Positions 27,925 to 38,900 of a DNA stretch of 64,000 nt are shown here, piece after piece; position 1 is the first letter of the stretch; the number at the start of each line of letters is the position of its first letter. The notes beneath the pieces were generated by a model that made no database searches, was not told the DNA's origin, and worked only from the letters and a program-made list of their open reading frames with translations. This stretch comes from a virus: positions 32,001 through 96,000 of IMG/VR virus record IMGVR_UViG_3300045988_171725. One strand, written 5' to 3'. The translations under genes were made by a program, and so were the position numbers.

Positions 27925-28932
27925 ATGGCAAGAACAACGGTATATAACGAAGATTTGTCAAAGGAGTGGCAGATCGCAAACCCGAAGAATCAGAAATTAC
28001 TCAGAGAATTTATTCGTTATTGCGTGGCGAACGATAAAAGCCCGCAAACTTGTAACCAATATGAGTCGCAACTCAAAATCTTCTTTTGCTGGAATTACAG
28101 GGAGAATGACGATAAATTTTTTGTTGACATAAAGAAGCGCGAGCTTGTGAACTTTTTCGGTTGGGGGCGGAGTATCGGTTGGAGCCCGTGCAGGCTCGCT
28201 TCTCTTCGCGCGGCGTTAAGTTCGTTCAGCAATTACATAGAACGAATACTTGATGAGGATTACCCGACATTCAGAAACCTTGTGAAGGTTCTTGAACCGA
28301 TTCACCTCGAAGCCGTCCGAGAAAAGACAATAATCGAGAAAGGCGATATAATGGCAGGGATTGAGCGGTTAGTTGCGCTTGGCGAATACCAATACGCGTG
28401 TTTCCTCTCACTTCTCTTTTCGTCTGGAATGAGGAAAGCGGAAGCCGCGCAGATGAAAGTCTCATACTTCACAACCGATAAGGTAATCGCGTTTAGGGGG
28501 CTCGCTTATATGACTCCGAAAATCAGGACGAAAGGACACGGGGCACGTGGTAAGCAGGTGCCGAGATACGTGTTCAAAGAAACGTTTGACAAATACTTCG
28601 AGCTATGGCTTAAAGAGCGCGAAAAGCTCGGAATCGAGATAGACGATTTATTCGTTATAAAAGGCACCGACGGGAAATACCACCCCGCGAAAGGACAGAA
28701 CTTTTCACATTGGGCGGTGAAAATCGGCGAGTTAATAGGCATAAATTCACTATATTGTCACAGTTTGAGACACGCGTTTACGACGTATTTGAAACGGCAG
28801 AACTTCCCGACCGACGTCGTTCAGAAAATCCAATCGTGGGGAAGCGCAGATATGGTGGCGAGATATGATGACAGAAGCGATAGCGAAGAGTTGGATAGCT
28901 TTTTTGAAAAAATGACCGAAAAGGAGAATTAA
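27925..28932 (+). CDS. Tyrosine recombinase / phage integrase family protein
   Basis: 335 aa, SD AAGGAGGG. It has a SAM-like N-domain and a catalytic-domain pattern: Arg in SSGMRKAEA, HSLRHAFTT (H-x-x-R), and Tyr in MVARYDDR. Confidence 0.85.
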   Translation: MARTTVYNEDLSKEWQIANPKNQKLLREFIRYCVANDKSPQTCNQYESQLKIFFCWNYRENDDKFFVDIKKRELVNFFGWGRSIGWSPCRLASLRAALSSFSNYIERILDEDYPTFRNLVKVLEPIHLEAVREKTIIEKGDIMAGIERLVALGEYQYACFLSLLFSSGMRKAEAAQMKVSYFTTDKVIAFRGLAYMTPKIRTKGHGARGKQVPRYVFKETFDKYFELWLKEREKLGIEIDDLFVIKGTDGKYHPAKGQNFSHWAVKIGELIGINSLYCHSLRHAFTTYLKRQNFPTDVVQKIQSWGSADMVARYDDRSDSEELDSFFEKMTEKEN

Positions 28933-28933
28933 A

Positions 28934-29689
28934 ATGAGTACAATACAAGACGGCACGAGAAGCGACGAAGCGAGAGCACGTGTAGAAGATAGAAACAATC
29001 TTGATGCTATAAATAAGATATATGTTGGAACTGGAGAGAGCATCACTGTAAATGGGCATACGGTTTGGCAGACGGAGGGAAAAAATATAATAAAGGCGAT
29101 AAACGATGCAGGAACAGTTGCAAATGCGACAAATGCGGCTTCCGCAACCAATGCTGACTATGCCGATAACGCAGGAAATGCGACAACGGCAGATCAAGCG
29201 ACAAATTTAACTTCGACGGGTAAAATTGGGGAATACGACACCAATCAAATAATTAATTTTAAAAATGGTTTTGTGCGTAATGCTGACTATGCCACTAACG
29301 CAGGTAATGCGACAACGGCAGATAACGCAGGGAAAACAGACTTAACGAATGGAAAATTTAAGGGTAATCTTCTCAATAAAGATATTTATATAGATTTTGA
29401 TGAAGGTAAGGACAATTATTATTATTTTTTCATGTGGGTACCTTATGAAGGGTTTAGACATGTTGTAGATTTAGGCATTGTATATTTTGATGGGGGGACT
29501 TATGACTCTTGGAGTGCAATTGCGACTTGTTATGGAGGAAATACCGCTTCTGATTTGACCCTTGACGAATATGTAATACGTATTGTTACATCTGGTATAG
29601 TTTCGGTCTGGAAAAAGGATAATACTACAGGGAAATGGGTTCAACAAAACACAGATAAAATTCAGTTATTTTACAAAAAAATCAGGTGA
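28934..29689 (+). CDS. Fibre-like protein with Ala/Asn-rich repeats
   Basis: 251 aa. The ATG lies 1 nt after the recombinase stop, with SD AAGGAG inside the recombinase 3' end. There is an internal ~44-nt direct repeat (29150-29193 and 29279-29322) encoding NADYAxNAGNATTAD. Confidence 0.5.
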   Translation: MSTIQDGTRSDEARARVEDRNNLDAINKIYVGTGESITVNGHTVWQTEGKNIIKAINDAGTVANATNAASATNADYADNAGNATTADQATNLTSTGKIGEYDTNQIINFKNGFVRNADYATNAGNATTADNAGKTDLTNGKFKGNLLNKDIYIDFDEGKDNYYYFFMWVPYEGFRHVVDLGIVYFDGGTYDSWSAIATCYGGNTASDLTLDEYVIRIVTSGIVSVWKKDNTTGKWVQQNTDKIQLFYKKIR

Positions 29690-29698
29690 GGCGAAGTT

Positions 29699-29845
29699 AT
29701 GGCTCAGAAATATAAAAGCATATGGGTATCATTGCAAGTCGATACTGCGGTTAGAGAAGCTTCTAATAAGATAGATAAGTCAGACATCGAGATTGCGAAT
29801 AGAGCGGCTTGGCAATCACCGCCGATAAAGGGCGCCTCATTATAA
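29699..29845 (+). pseudogene. Truncated fibre N-terminal adaptor fragment (48 codons)
   Basis: SD GGTGAGG precedes ATG 29699. MAQKYKSIWVSLQVDTAVREASNKIDK... parallels the first ~27 aa of 20808-21890 (MAQKYKSIWTGPQVDEAVGNVSKKIDK), then diverges and stops at 29843-29845. Confidence 0.45.
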
Positions 29846-29861
29846 ATAAGGAGATTAAGGT

Positions 29862-31244
29862 ATGATGAAAGATTATATATCGCAACATACAGGTTCGAGA
29901 ATAGATGATGCAATAGATAAAATTCCCTCCGCCAACCCTAATTCCGATAGTATTATTGTTGTAAATCAAACAGGTTTCAATAGCACTTATAAACCTTTAT
30001 CTGGGTTATTGCAAAAAACGGTCATAGATAGTGCTTTATCGAGTAAATCCACTAATCCTATAGAAAACAAGGTTGTTACTTTGGCTATAAACAACAAAAT
30101 TTCCAAACCTTTAAATACGGAGTTAGATGGTCAATTTCTCTATAACGCAGGCACTTATACTGTGTGGAAAACGATACCGCGTGGTTCTCAAGGGAAAAGT
30201 GCATATGAAATTTGGGAAGATAACGGTCATAGTGGAAGTCAACAAGATTTCCTGACCTCCCTTATTGGGCCTCCTGGACCTCAAGGAGATCGAGGGCAAC
30301 CTGGAAATGCTGGGGAAAAGGGTCCCACTGGGCTTCAAGGACCTCCTGGAAAAAACGGGGCAAACGGAGCGCCTGGAGCCAAAGGAGATACGGGTCCCAC
30401 TGGTATACAGGGACCTCCTGGGGAGGATGGTGTCAGTATAAAAGGACCGACGGGTCCTCAAGGTCCCCAAGGAGAACCTGGGGGTCCTGGACCTTCTGGC
30501 GAGATTGGGGATTCGGGGTTGCCAATAATGGAGATGGGATTTGAAGAAGGTAATCAAGATACGGAAACAGCTGACAAAATTATTGTAACGCTTTCCGATG
30601 GCACAAAAATTGGCATGACATTCAAAGTACCTGGAAATAGTCCAACGCAAGGGGGCGGTGGTGGTTCGGGCGGAAGTACAACCGATCCTATTACACCGCA
30701 AGAAGATACTGTAACGAAGCAGGAAGTTTTAGCGAGTGCTGGCGGGCTTGGCGTAATCAATAGTTCTATAAGCGACGAAGTAACTGAAAAATTTGACACT
30801 TTTGATCTTGGTTTGGCAAATTCGTTAGAAGGGTTTAATTTTGAGAGAGAGCTTCCAGAAGATGGAGCAGATGCAGAAAGGTTAGTAGACGTAGATCAAA
30901 TAGTTCAAAATTATCTCTGTTTTATTATAAAAAAAGGGTATGAAACAAGGCGCGAAAAAATACAATCTGTATTGGACGATATAATTTATGACGGAACGTT
31001 TGATAGTATTATTCAAAAATATGAAGTATGTACTAAGGTAACCGAATGGATAAATGCCTATATACAAGATCAGAAGTCAAAGGGGAGTTATTCCGAAGGA
31101 AAATTTCAATCTTTCCTTATAACGACATTAAGAGATTATATGAATGCTGATCAGGGTCTCTTGAAATCTCGTCAGGAAATTATGGAAGAGGTTTCTAACA
31201 GATTAGGGATAACATTGAAACGATTAAAATCGGGAGAATGGTGA
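29862..31244 (+). CDS. Collagen-like tail fibre protein fused to a 26301-type C-terminal module
   Basis: 460 aa, SD AAGGAG. It has the adaptor motif [18 protein letters not shown] and the G-X-Y tract [55 protein letters not shown]. The C-terminal 230 aa are homologous to 26301-27017. Confidence 0.75.
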   Translation: MMKDYISQHTGSRIDDAIDKIPSANPNSDSIIVVNQTGFNSTYKPLSGLLQKTVIDSALSSKSTNPIENKVVTLAINNKISKPLNTELDGQFLYNAGTYTVWKTIPRGSQGKSAYEIWEDNGHSGSQQDFLTSLIGPPGPQGDRGQPGNAGEKGPTGLQGPPGKNGANGAPGAKGDTGPTGIQGPPGEDGVSIKGPTGPQGPQGEPGGPGPSGEIGDSGLPIMEMGFEEGNQDTETADKIIVTLSDGTKIGMTFKVPGNSPTQGGGGGSGGSTTDPITPQEDTVTKQEVLASAGGLGVINSSISDEVTEKFDTFDLGLANSLEGFNFERELPEDGADAERLVDVDQIVQNYLCFIIKKGYETRREKIQSVLDDIIYDGTFDSIIQKYEVCTKVTEWINAYIQDQKSKGSYSEGKFQSFLITTLRDYMNADQGLLKSRQEIMEEVSNRLGITLKRLKSGEW

Positions 31245-31265
31245 TTAAGTAAGGTGAGGTGAATT

Positions 31266-32666
31266 ATGAATGATAATTTTGAATCGCAATTTACTGGTAA
31301 AAGAGTAGATTCTGCAATTAATAAAATTCCCGAAAATACTCCTAACCAAGATTGTGTAATTACAAATGATAAAGACGGCGCAAATTATAAGCCATTAAGT
31401 GATTTTGACGTCAGATTAGACGTTGATTCGACTTTATCCAGCACTTCCAAAAACCCCGTTCAAAATAAAGTGGTTACTGAGGCTTTAAACAGAAAATTGC
31501 AGCTCCCATTAAGTTCAACAACTGGATATTTAAGAAATAAAGGTTTTAATAATAACGAGTGGGTGCAAGTAACCTCTGGACCGACTGGAATTTCGGCTTA
31601 TCAAGATTGGATAGCTTCTGGAAATACAGGTACACAATCTGATTATTTATTATCCTTAATTGGCCCGCCTGGGGCAAAGGGGATAGTTGGGTTGAAAGGA
31701 GAGACAGGTAATATAGGGCTTATAGGGCCAACGGGAGATCCTGGGAAAAACGGTACAGATGGAAAACCTGGTGAAAAAGGAATGGTTGGACCGCAGGGAG
31801 ACCCTGGGCCCCAAGGGCAACCTGGAAAAAATAAAATCGGAACCATGGGCGCAACGGGTGTTGCAGGTAGTAAAGGAAAAGATGGACCACCAGGAGTAAA
31901 GGGGGCAAATGGTAAGACTATAAGGTCTTTTACTACGCATGTTGCATTAAATAGAACCACTAATAGATATGAATGGCTTCCAACAGAAACGTATGAACCG
32001 TATATAACGGTTTCTTATAGCGATGGGACTTCTCAGGATATATATATCGAGGAATATCAGGCGCCGTCGACTCCTACTTTCGCGGGTGGAATTTATTTTT
32101 CAACAGATAGGAGTAAATATCCGACGCCATCAAATTACGACTATATGATGTCATTGGAGGCAGCAGGAATATTACAAGACGGGAACCTTTTTATATCTGA
32201 TTCTGATCTCGATTCTTTCCAAAGCCTGATGAATTCAATGGCAACAGATTATAGAAGAGCGATTATATACCCACCAGAAGAAAGCAGTTTATTGACAGAC
32301 TGTCTTGGCGGCCCCGCATTTTCTAGCGTTTGGACGAATTTAGCAAATAACGAAAATAATGCCCTCATACTTGGGTTAAATATCAGTCAGGACATTTGTT
32401 ATTACGGAAGGATTGAAGAAAAGGCTCTTGAGGGTTTTCATCCTATGGAAGGGGTTTCAAATTATAATGTTTTGAAAGATATACCGATTTTATTTTTTGG
32501 ATTAAGAGAAGGATTGTCCGCTTCGATGTTCGAAACAATCAGGAAAACCCAGAAAGGTATAACGATTTTTGGAGGCTGGGCTTATAGCATGGTTGCTTCT
32601 AAAATTTATGGGAGCACGGATTATACGGCGCTGGTAACTTGGGATAAAACTCCGATTTCGATATAA
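31266..32666 (+). CDS. Collagen-like tail fibre protein
   Basis: 466 aa, SD AAGGTGAGGTG. It has the adaptor motif FESQFTGKRVDSAINKIP, the G-X-Y tract GPPGAKGIVGLKGETGNIGLIGPTGDPGKNGTDGKPGEKGMVGPQGDPGPQGQPGKN, and a unique C-terminal domain. Confidence 0.75.
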   Translation: MNDNFESQFTGKRVDSAINKIPENTPNQDCVITNDKDGANYKPLSDFDVRLDVDSTLSSTSKNPVQNKVVTEALNRKLQLPLSSTTGYLRNKGFNNNEWVQVTSGPTGISAYQDWIASGNTGTQSDYLLSLIGPPGAKGIVGLKGETGNIGLIGPTGDPGKNGTDGKPGEKGMVGPQGDPGPQGQPGKNKIGTMGATGVAGSKGKDGPPGVKGANGKTIRSFTTHVALNRTTNRYEWLPTETYEPYITVSYSDGTSQDIYIEEYQAPSTPTFAGGIYFSTDRSKYPTPSNYDYMMSLEAAGILQDGNLFISDSDLDSFQSLMNSMATDYRRAIIYPPEESSLLTDCLGGPAFSSVWTNLANNENNALILGLNISQDICYYGRIEEKALEGFHPMEGVSNYNVLKDIPILFFGLREGLSASMFETIRKTQKGITIFGGWAYSMVASKIYGSTDYTALVTWDKTPISI

Positions 32667-32692
32667 ATTATTTACAATAATGGAGGTACAAT

Positions 32693-33020
32693 ATGATTTC
32701 AGTAAAAACATTTTACGCTTATGGTAAAGAAAAGCCAATTACAGGCGAGAGTTCTGTTATTTTTTAACAATTCTGCGGAAACCTTCACTATGCAAGTTGA
32801 CGAACTAGCGGGTAGTGTTGAGTTATATGGTACCGCAGATTTCGATTCAAATATTTTTTACAAACTCACGGGCAATAGCTCGTCTTTTGAGTTAGTAAAC
32901 AAAATCACAACCGACGGGATTTATCACTTCTCAATCGAAGGCATTGCGAAAATCAAATTTGAGGTCGAAAACACCAATAAAGATTTGATTGTATTTTGCC
33001 GAATGACAAAGGGGGTATAA
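32693..33020 (+). CDS. Small beta-rich protein whose frame is broken at a T6 run (+1 shift, or 1-nt homopolymer error)
   Basis: SD GGAGG lies 6 nt before ATG 32693. That frame stops at TAA 32765-32767, right after T6 (32760-32765). The +1 frame continues to 33020 (track ORF 32721-33020), but its own ATG has no SD. Confidence 0.45.
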
Positions 33021-33024
33021 TCTT

Positions 33025-35271
33025 ATGACGGATAAATTAGCGAGAGATTTAGCGTTAAGTGCTTTAGACAAAGTGAATAAAACTGTCGAAGGCGTTCCGA
33101 AAGATTACGTCGACGAGCATTTGTCGAAGAAGGTAGATAAAATAGAAAGTTCGTCCGCAAACCCGCGCTTATACGGGGTTAGCGAGGCGGGGTCTCAAAC
33201 TAGTTATTTCGCCACTCAAACTGCCAACGCGTACACAATTCCGATGAGAGACGCGAGCGGCAGATTTCAAGTTGAAAGCGGGTTGGCTCCGAAACAAGCT
33301 GTAAATAAAGAGCAGCTCGATGCCGCATTAGATACGGTCGCGAAGTTGGCGGAGCCAAACACTTTTACGGAACAAAATACATTTACATCGGAAGTGAAAT
33401 TTTACGGAACCGTTGAACACACGTCCAACGTGAATATAACGAACGGTTTTCTGAAAATATTAAACGGTAACGACAAAGATTATGTTACGACATATAATGT
33501 TGATAACATTAAGGTTGAGGAAAATGGAAGCGAATACACGTTGGCATTTCCAACCCAATCTGGCACATTAGCGTTAATCGACGACATCGCTGCCAAAATA
33601 GACGAAAAAATCGGTTTCAAGCATTCCGAACTCAAAAACAATGACGTTTTTGATAACGGAGTTGTGCAAAAAGAGGACGTGTGGAAAACAGAGGATACAG
33701 ATGTTTCGTTAAATATTCGTCATTCAGACAATATAAATCAGTCTGAAATAACGGTTTCGAAGGCATTTGCAGAAATAGGCGTTCAGGAAGTAACTGATTT
33801 ATCGACTTCTTCTTCTCAAATAACGTGGGACGCTAACAGCATTAACATAACAAGTACGCGCGGAGCCGATACTCTCACGACGGTTATCGTAACCCCTGAC
33901 GGCGCGACGCTCAATGGTGATAAAATCGTGACCGAGAAAACGGTTAACGCGAAAGTTGCGCGTATTCCAGAAGGTGTCGAATTAACTGACCCCGAAGGCG
34001 CAATGCAGGGTAATTTGACGGCGGAGCAGCTGGAAAAGTTACAATTCAACAAAGCGAATTATATCCTTTTCGCAGGGAAGAAATATGATTTGCGGAATGA
34101 GCGTTCACAACAAGATTCGTTATCTTACGTTTACAACGATTATTTGAACAGTCGTTGTATTCAAGACGTTATAACGATCACGGTTTCGACTCGTTCGTGG
34201 GTACGCAACTCGTGCACGTTGGTAACAAACAAAGATTATGGAGATGGTACCGCTGGCGCGGTGTCGATAAAGAAAGACTTTTCTGGCGGGTTACAATTGG
34301 CGACGACAGATGGAGATTTAAGTATATATGGCGCGGTTGATGCGGATATAGCTGGCAGGAATTCCAAGCGCCCAATTACGCCTATAAACCTCAACAAAGC
34401 AGTTTTAGCGGCGTTGACCGACGCGAAAAAGGTTGAACCAACCGAGCAACAAAAAACCGATTTTAAGGCAGCATGGGGAATTATCGACGCTGTAAATATT
34501 CTCGACGCGGAAATGTCCGATGATAGCACTAATGCAGTTCAGAACAAGGTTATTAAAGCAGAATTAGATAATCGTGTTAGGTGCTCAACAAACGTCCAAA
34601 GCGGGCAAGTAAAGGTCTACTGCGCGACACAGAATAACCCAAACGATGTTTGTTTGGTTTCGAGTTCTGGAGTACAAAACTCGATTGCTCGATATACGTC
34701 GACGGGGCAGCTCGCTGTCGGGAGAGAGCCGAGCGGCGATATGGAAATCGCTAACAAAAAATTTGTGGAAGGAATTGTTCCGAAATATGGGGCGGAACTT
34801 CCAAACCCAACCAACGACGCATACAAAATCGGGTGCTCGTTTTTAAACACGACAACTGGCGGCTTATATGTTTTGGTTGCTTCTGGAAGCGCGAGTAATC
34901 GTTCTTGGCAGTTACAAACCACGATTGAAAAGCCGAAATGGAGAAACACGCTACCACACATAAATGACACGCAGGAAATCGACGCGACAAAGGTCTTATT
35001 TACGAAAGTCACGATTACGACGATCGATAGTACAAACTTTCCTGGAATGAGCGGAAAATCTGTAACAATCCAAGGGCTGAGTTCTGACGGGTTCGCGGCT
35101 GGCACGATTGTGTGTGACGAGACGACGGGCGGTATACAGTATAGCCTGTGTTTTATTGGCTCAATAACTTCGAGCAGGGCGTCTGGGGTTTTAATAAAAG
35201 GCTCTAACGCGGTCGCAGTTATAAGTGTTGATAATCCCGAAGTTTCTTTTGCTTACGAGTATTTGTGGTGA
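33025..35271 (+). CDS. Tail fibre protein (long)
   Basis: 748 aa, SD AAGGGGG. It has fibre-type motifs (KQAVNKEQLDAAL, EPNTFTEQNTFTSEV, IANKKFVEGIV). Confidence 0.7.
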   Translation: MTDKLARDLALSALDKVNKTVEGVPKDYVDEHLSKKVDKIESSSANPRLYGVSEAGSQTSYFATQTANAYTIPMRDASGRFQVESGLAPKQAVNKEQLDAALDTVAKLAEPNTFTEQNTFTSEVKFYGTVEHTSNVNITNGFLKILNGNDKDYVTTYNVDNIKVEENGSEYTLAFPTQSGTLALIDDIAAKIDEKIGFKHSELKNNDVFDNGVVQKEDVWKTEDTDVSLNIRHSDNINQSEITVSKAFAEIGVQEVTDLSTSSSQITWDANSINITSTRGADTLTTVIVTPDGATLNGDKIVTEKTVNAKVARIPEGVELTDPEGAMQGNLTAEQLEKLQFNKANYILFAGKKYDLRNERSQQDSLSYVYNDYLNSRCIQDVITITVSTRSWVRNSCTLVTNKDYGDGTAGAVSIKKDFSGGLQLATTDGDLSIYGAVDADIAGRNSKRPITPINLNKAVLAALTDAKKVEPTEQQKTDFKAAWGIIDAVNILDAEMSDDSTNAVQNKVIKAELDNRVRCSTNVQSGQVKVYCATQNNPNDVCLVSSSGVQNSIARYTSTGQLAVGREPSGDMEIANKKFVEGIVPKYGAELPNPTNDAYKIGCSFLNTTTGGLYVLVASGSASNRSWQLQTTIEKPKWRNTLPHINDTQEIDATKVLFTKVTITTIDSTNFPGMSGKSVTIQGLSSDGFAAGTIVCDETTGGIQYSLCFIGSITSSRASGVLIKGSNAVAVISVDNPEVSFAYEYLW

Positions 35272-35326
35272 GATAAAACCCTCGTTTTATTACAAGGAGA
35301 AATTTTAGGATATTTTTTAGGTAAAA

Positions 35327-35373
35327 TTAGAGACTTCGCTACGCGCGAGGTCTCTAATTTACTATATTTTTTT
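35327..35373 (+). terminator. Intrinsic terminator closing the fibre block
   Basis: 13-bp stem TTAGAGACTTCGC (35327-35339) / GCGAGGTCTCTAA (35345-35357) with one G-U pair and a 5-nt loop. It is followed by TTTACTATATTTTTTT. Confidence 0.6.
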
Positions 35374-35415
35374 GGAATTTGGGAAATAAAAAAACAACAA
35401 GGAGGCACGGAATTT

Positions 35416-35910
35416 ATGGATATAAAACAGACGTTGATACAGGCGTTGAAAAAAGATGTAAAAATAGACTTAGAACGGAAATTAGAAAAAGTGCGAATTC
35501 CGTGCATGAATTATTTGAAAGAAAACGCTCTAAGGATTTTTAAAGAGAAAATAACAGAAGTTTATAAAATAAACTCTGATAGAATACAAGTAATAGATTT
35601 ACCACTGTTTTTAAAAGCAGTAAAAATTATAGATAGAGGCTCATGGGGATTTACTATAAAAACAGAAGAAGACGAATTAGATTTTAAAACAAAATCAGGT
35701 GAGCCGATTTATCAATATACAGACGCTGGACGTTCTTATGTCGACGGGATGGGTAAAGAAGTTCATAATTTAGATGAATATTGGCATTCGCCGATAAATG
35801 GAAGACGTGAATATGAATATTATAAAAATGAAGCTATAAACGATATACAGGATTTTATAAATACTAAATTTATTTTATATGTTCAGAATAAATTAAACGG
35901 AGGTAAGTGA
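35416..35910 (+). CDS. Hypothetical protein in the position of a tail assembly chaperone
   Basis: 164 aa, SD AAGGAGG. It ends 1 nt before the tape-measure ATG. I saw no slippery site. Confidence 0.45.
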   Translation: MDIKQTLIQALKKDVKIDLERKLEKVRIPCMNYLKENALRIFKEKITEVYKINSDRIQVIDLPLFLKAVKIIDRGSWGFTIKTEEDELDFKTKSGEPIYQYTDAGRSYVDGMGKEVHNLDEYWHSPINGRREYEYYKNEAINDIQDFINTKFILYVQNKLNGGK

Positions 35911-35911
35911 T

Positions 35912-38900
35912 ATGGATTTTAATAAAAACATAGGTGATATAGTTTATCATAAAAATTTTGGAAAGGGAAAAGTTACTAAAATTGACAGAGATGGTGACAG
36001 TTTGTCGATTGAGGTTTCTTTTGAAGAAGCTGGAAAACGTAAATCTTCAGGATTAGGTGTTATACCAAAAACTGCGCAATTTAGAGGCGTTGATTTTCAA
36101 TCTTTTTTTTCAGATACAAAAGCCAAAACAAAATCTTTATCGGGAGAAATAAGTAAAAATCGTGTAGTTGATACAACGTCTTATAAAGGTTATAGTTTTG
36201 AAAAATTACCAGAAAGTGATTTAAAGGCAATTCAGGAAGCCGTGAGAACTGGCGTTATAAAAGGCGTAGAAGATTTAAAAAAAATGTTACCAGCGGGCAG
36301 AACTATACCTTTGGAATATTTAAAATTATTAGAGGGTAAAAGCCCGACTGGCGAAAGATTACATGAGTATCAGGAAAGTGGCAAAACCGCAGAATTATAT
36401 AAAGATATTTTTAAGGGTATAAAAACAATAAGTATAACGCAGGGTAGTAAAATTCTTTTTGGTGATGATTATGCGGACGAGAATCAACTTAATAAATATC
36501 AAGAAGAAATCAACAAAAAAATTGCCGAAGTTAATAAAAAAATAGAAAGTGCTGATATAAAAACAAGAGCGATTTTAAATGATCGAAAAGCAGAGTTAGA
36601 AGAATCTAATAGAGAGTTACAGCGGCAAAGAAAACAAGCAAAAGATCAATATTCTGCTAAAGGTGGCACAGTCTTTCATAGCTTTGTCGAGATGTTGGCA
36701 CTTAATAAACTCCCGAAACTTAAAGAGGCTCTTTATTCTGGGGATAAAGAGCTCGCAGAGAATTTAATCAGAAATTACTTTTCAAAAGGTGCCACCGCCC
36801 AAACTTTAATAAAAGATAGCTCGACTAATTTTTCGGAATCGGATTCTGAAATTTTAGATGAATTTTTAAGTAAAATTAAAGATTTTGTTAATGTTGGTGG
36901 CGGAAGCGGCAGCTTCGCAACTGGTTTACAAAATTATGTAAACTTTTTAAAAGATAATAACATCACTTTAACCGATGCTGTTGAAAAAAGTATTGGCTTT
37001 GTCACGAACATCAATGATGAGTTGGTTAAATTTGTCGGAACGGTAGATGCGCTGTTCAGCGGATATCTTTTAGATCTAAAAACTGGTTCTATGCACCCAA
37101 ATGCAATTGCTTGGCAAGTTAATATGGGCAATTTCATACAGACAATGCTTGGCGGAGAGCCTGCGAAACATTTAGGGGCTTTCAACCCTGGCATGTATGG
37201 TAAAAGGGCAGGATATTTACCAGTTGAACAAATACCGTTGGAAACAATGAAAAAACTTATTGTTCAGGCGGCTATGGGAGAAAGAACCGACATTGATTTA
37301 ACCAAGTATGTAAAAGGAAGCGTTAGCACAGGCGTTGTAAAAAGAAGAGGCGAAGAGAAACAAGCTACCTTTATTAATAGTAAAGAAATGTATACTGGTG
37401 GTTACGGAGCAGAAAAACCAGAGTTACAAAAAGACATAGACAAACTAAATCGCGAAGCTAAAGAATTAGTCGAAAGCATAAAAACACTAAAAGGCGACGA
37501 TCTTGAACATATTTTAAATCAGATATATAGCACTAAAGATTATTCGCAAGGCGGAATTGAAAGTAATAAGTTTTATCGTCATGGATATTTCTGGGATCTC
37601 GTTCGCAGTATGTTGCCGTATGATATTTCTACTGTTTTAAATTATGCGATGAACGAGGGTGCAGCAATCCCTGCTACTAAGGGCGTTGGAACAAAAACAT
37701 ATAGAATAGAACAAGGCGAAGACGAACCGATTGCTGAAATAGATGTTCCAACTGTTTTAGGTATAAGTTTAAAGCAGTGGGCAAAATTGGCCAACATACT
37801 GTCTGAACTTCCTGATGGCGCAAATAAGGTGAAAAGACTTGCCGAATTGTTTGAAAAAGAATTCAAAAGTTTTAGTGTAGATGAACAAAGAAAAGTATTA
37901 TCCTCGTTCGAAACATTAATGACTCGAGAAGAAAATTTTAATCCAGAATATATTAAATTAAAAAAGCAGCAGGAATTATTGCGTGCAAAAATTCAAAAGC
38001 CTGAATCCTTTGGTGATGTAAATGTAGAAGAACTTCAGAAGGAATTAGATAAAACAAATGAAATTGTTTCTGAAATGGAAAAGTCTGGCGAATTGAATTT
38101 TTATCAAAATTTTGAAACCGCTTGGACAGACGTTGCCGATGAAATATCATGGAATAACCGCGAACTTCTGCAAGAGAGTATGACGGATTTTAAATCTGTG
38201 AAAATAGCAAGTGAAGATGCGAGACGTGGCGATAGGGAATATATGCCAGATGTTTTCGACTTAGAAACCGATCAAGATGGGCAACGTTATTATTCTGCGA
38301 GTGAATTCGAGACAGACCCAATTAAAAGCGCGACAATGACGGCGAACAGATTAGGACGAATTTTAGATTATTCTGCAAGAATTGATAAAGCGATAGAGCC
38401 GATGGCGCAAGAAATGGGAGTTTCGGTGGTTGATTTGGCAAAAACATTATTGCGAGATTTTGCCGAACAGACTGGAAGTTCCGATTCGTTTAATCGTTAT
38501 ATTAGAAGTAAAGAGTTGGCGGAAGACTTTAAAAAGCAATTCCCAAGTTTCGAAGGCAAAATCACAAAAGATGTAAGTAATTGGATTTATGACCGTTTAG
38601 ATTCCACTATCAAAGAAGAGCGCGAAGCTTTACTTGGAGTGACTGAAAGTCAAGAAGCGGGCGAAGTCACAACTTATAAAATCGGACCAAGCGGGGAGAT
38701 GTTAGATAAACATGCAACAAAGCCTTATGCGTTATTGCAAAATATATTAGGTAGAAGACTTTATTCTACTCTTTATAAATCTACAGATTCTATTCCGATA
38801 GAAGTGCTCGATGATTTAATTAAAGGTAAATCTTTAGAGTTGACGGAAAGAGTGGGGGCGGATTTGCCAGCCTCGTCAGATCACTCGAAAGAAGCCGTAA

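Noticed and set aside
27854-28132. 92-aa ORF overlapping the start of the recombinase gene
   Set aside because: It has no SD. It is out of frame with, and mostly inside, the recombinase ORF, which has a strong SD at the correct spacing.
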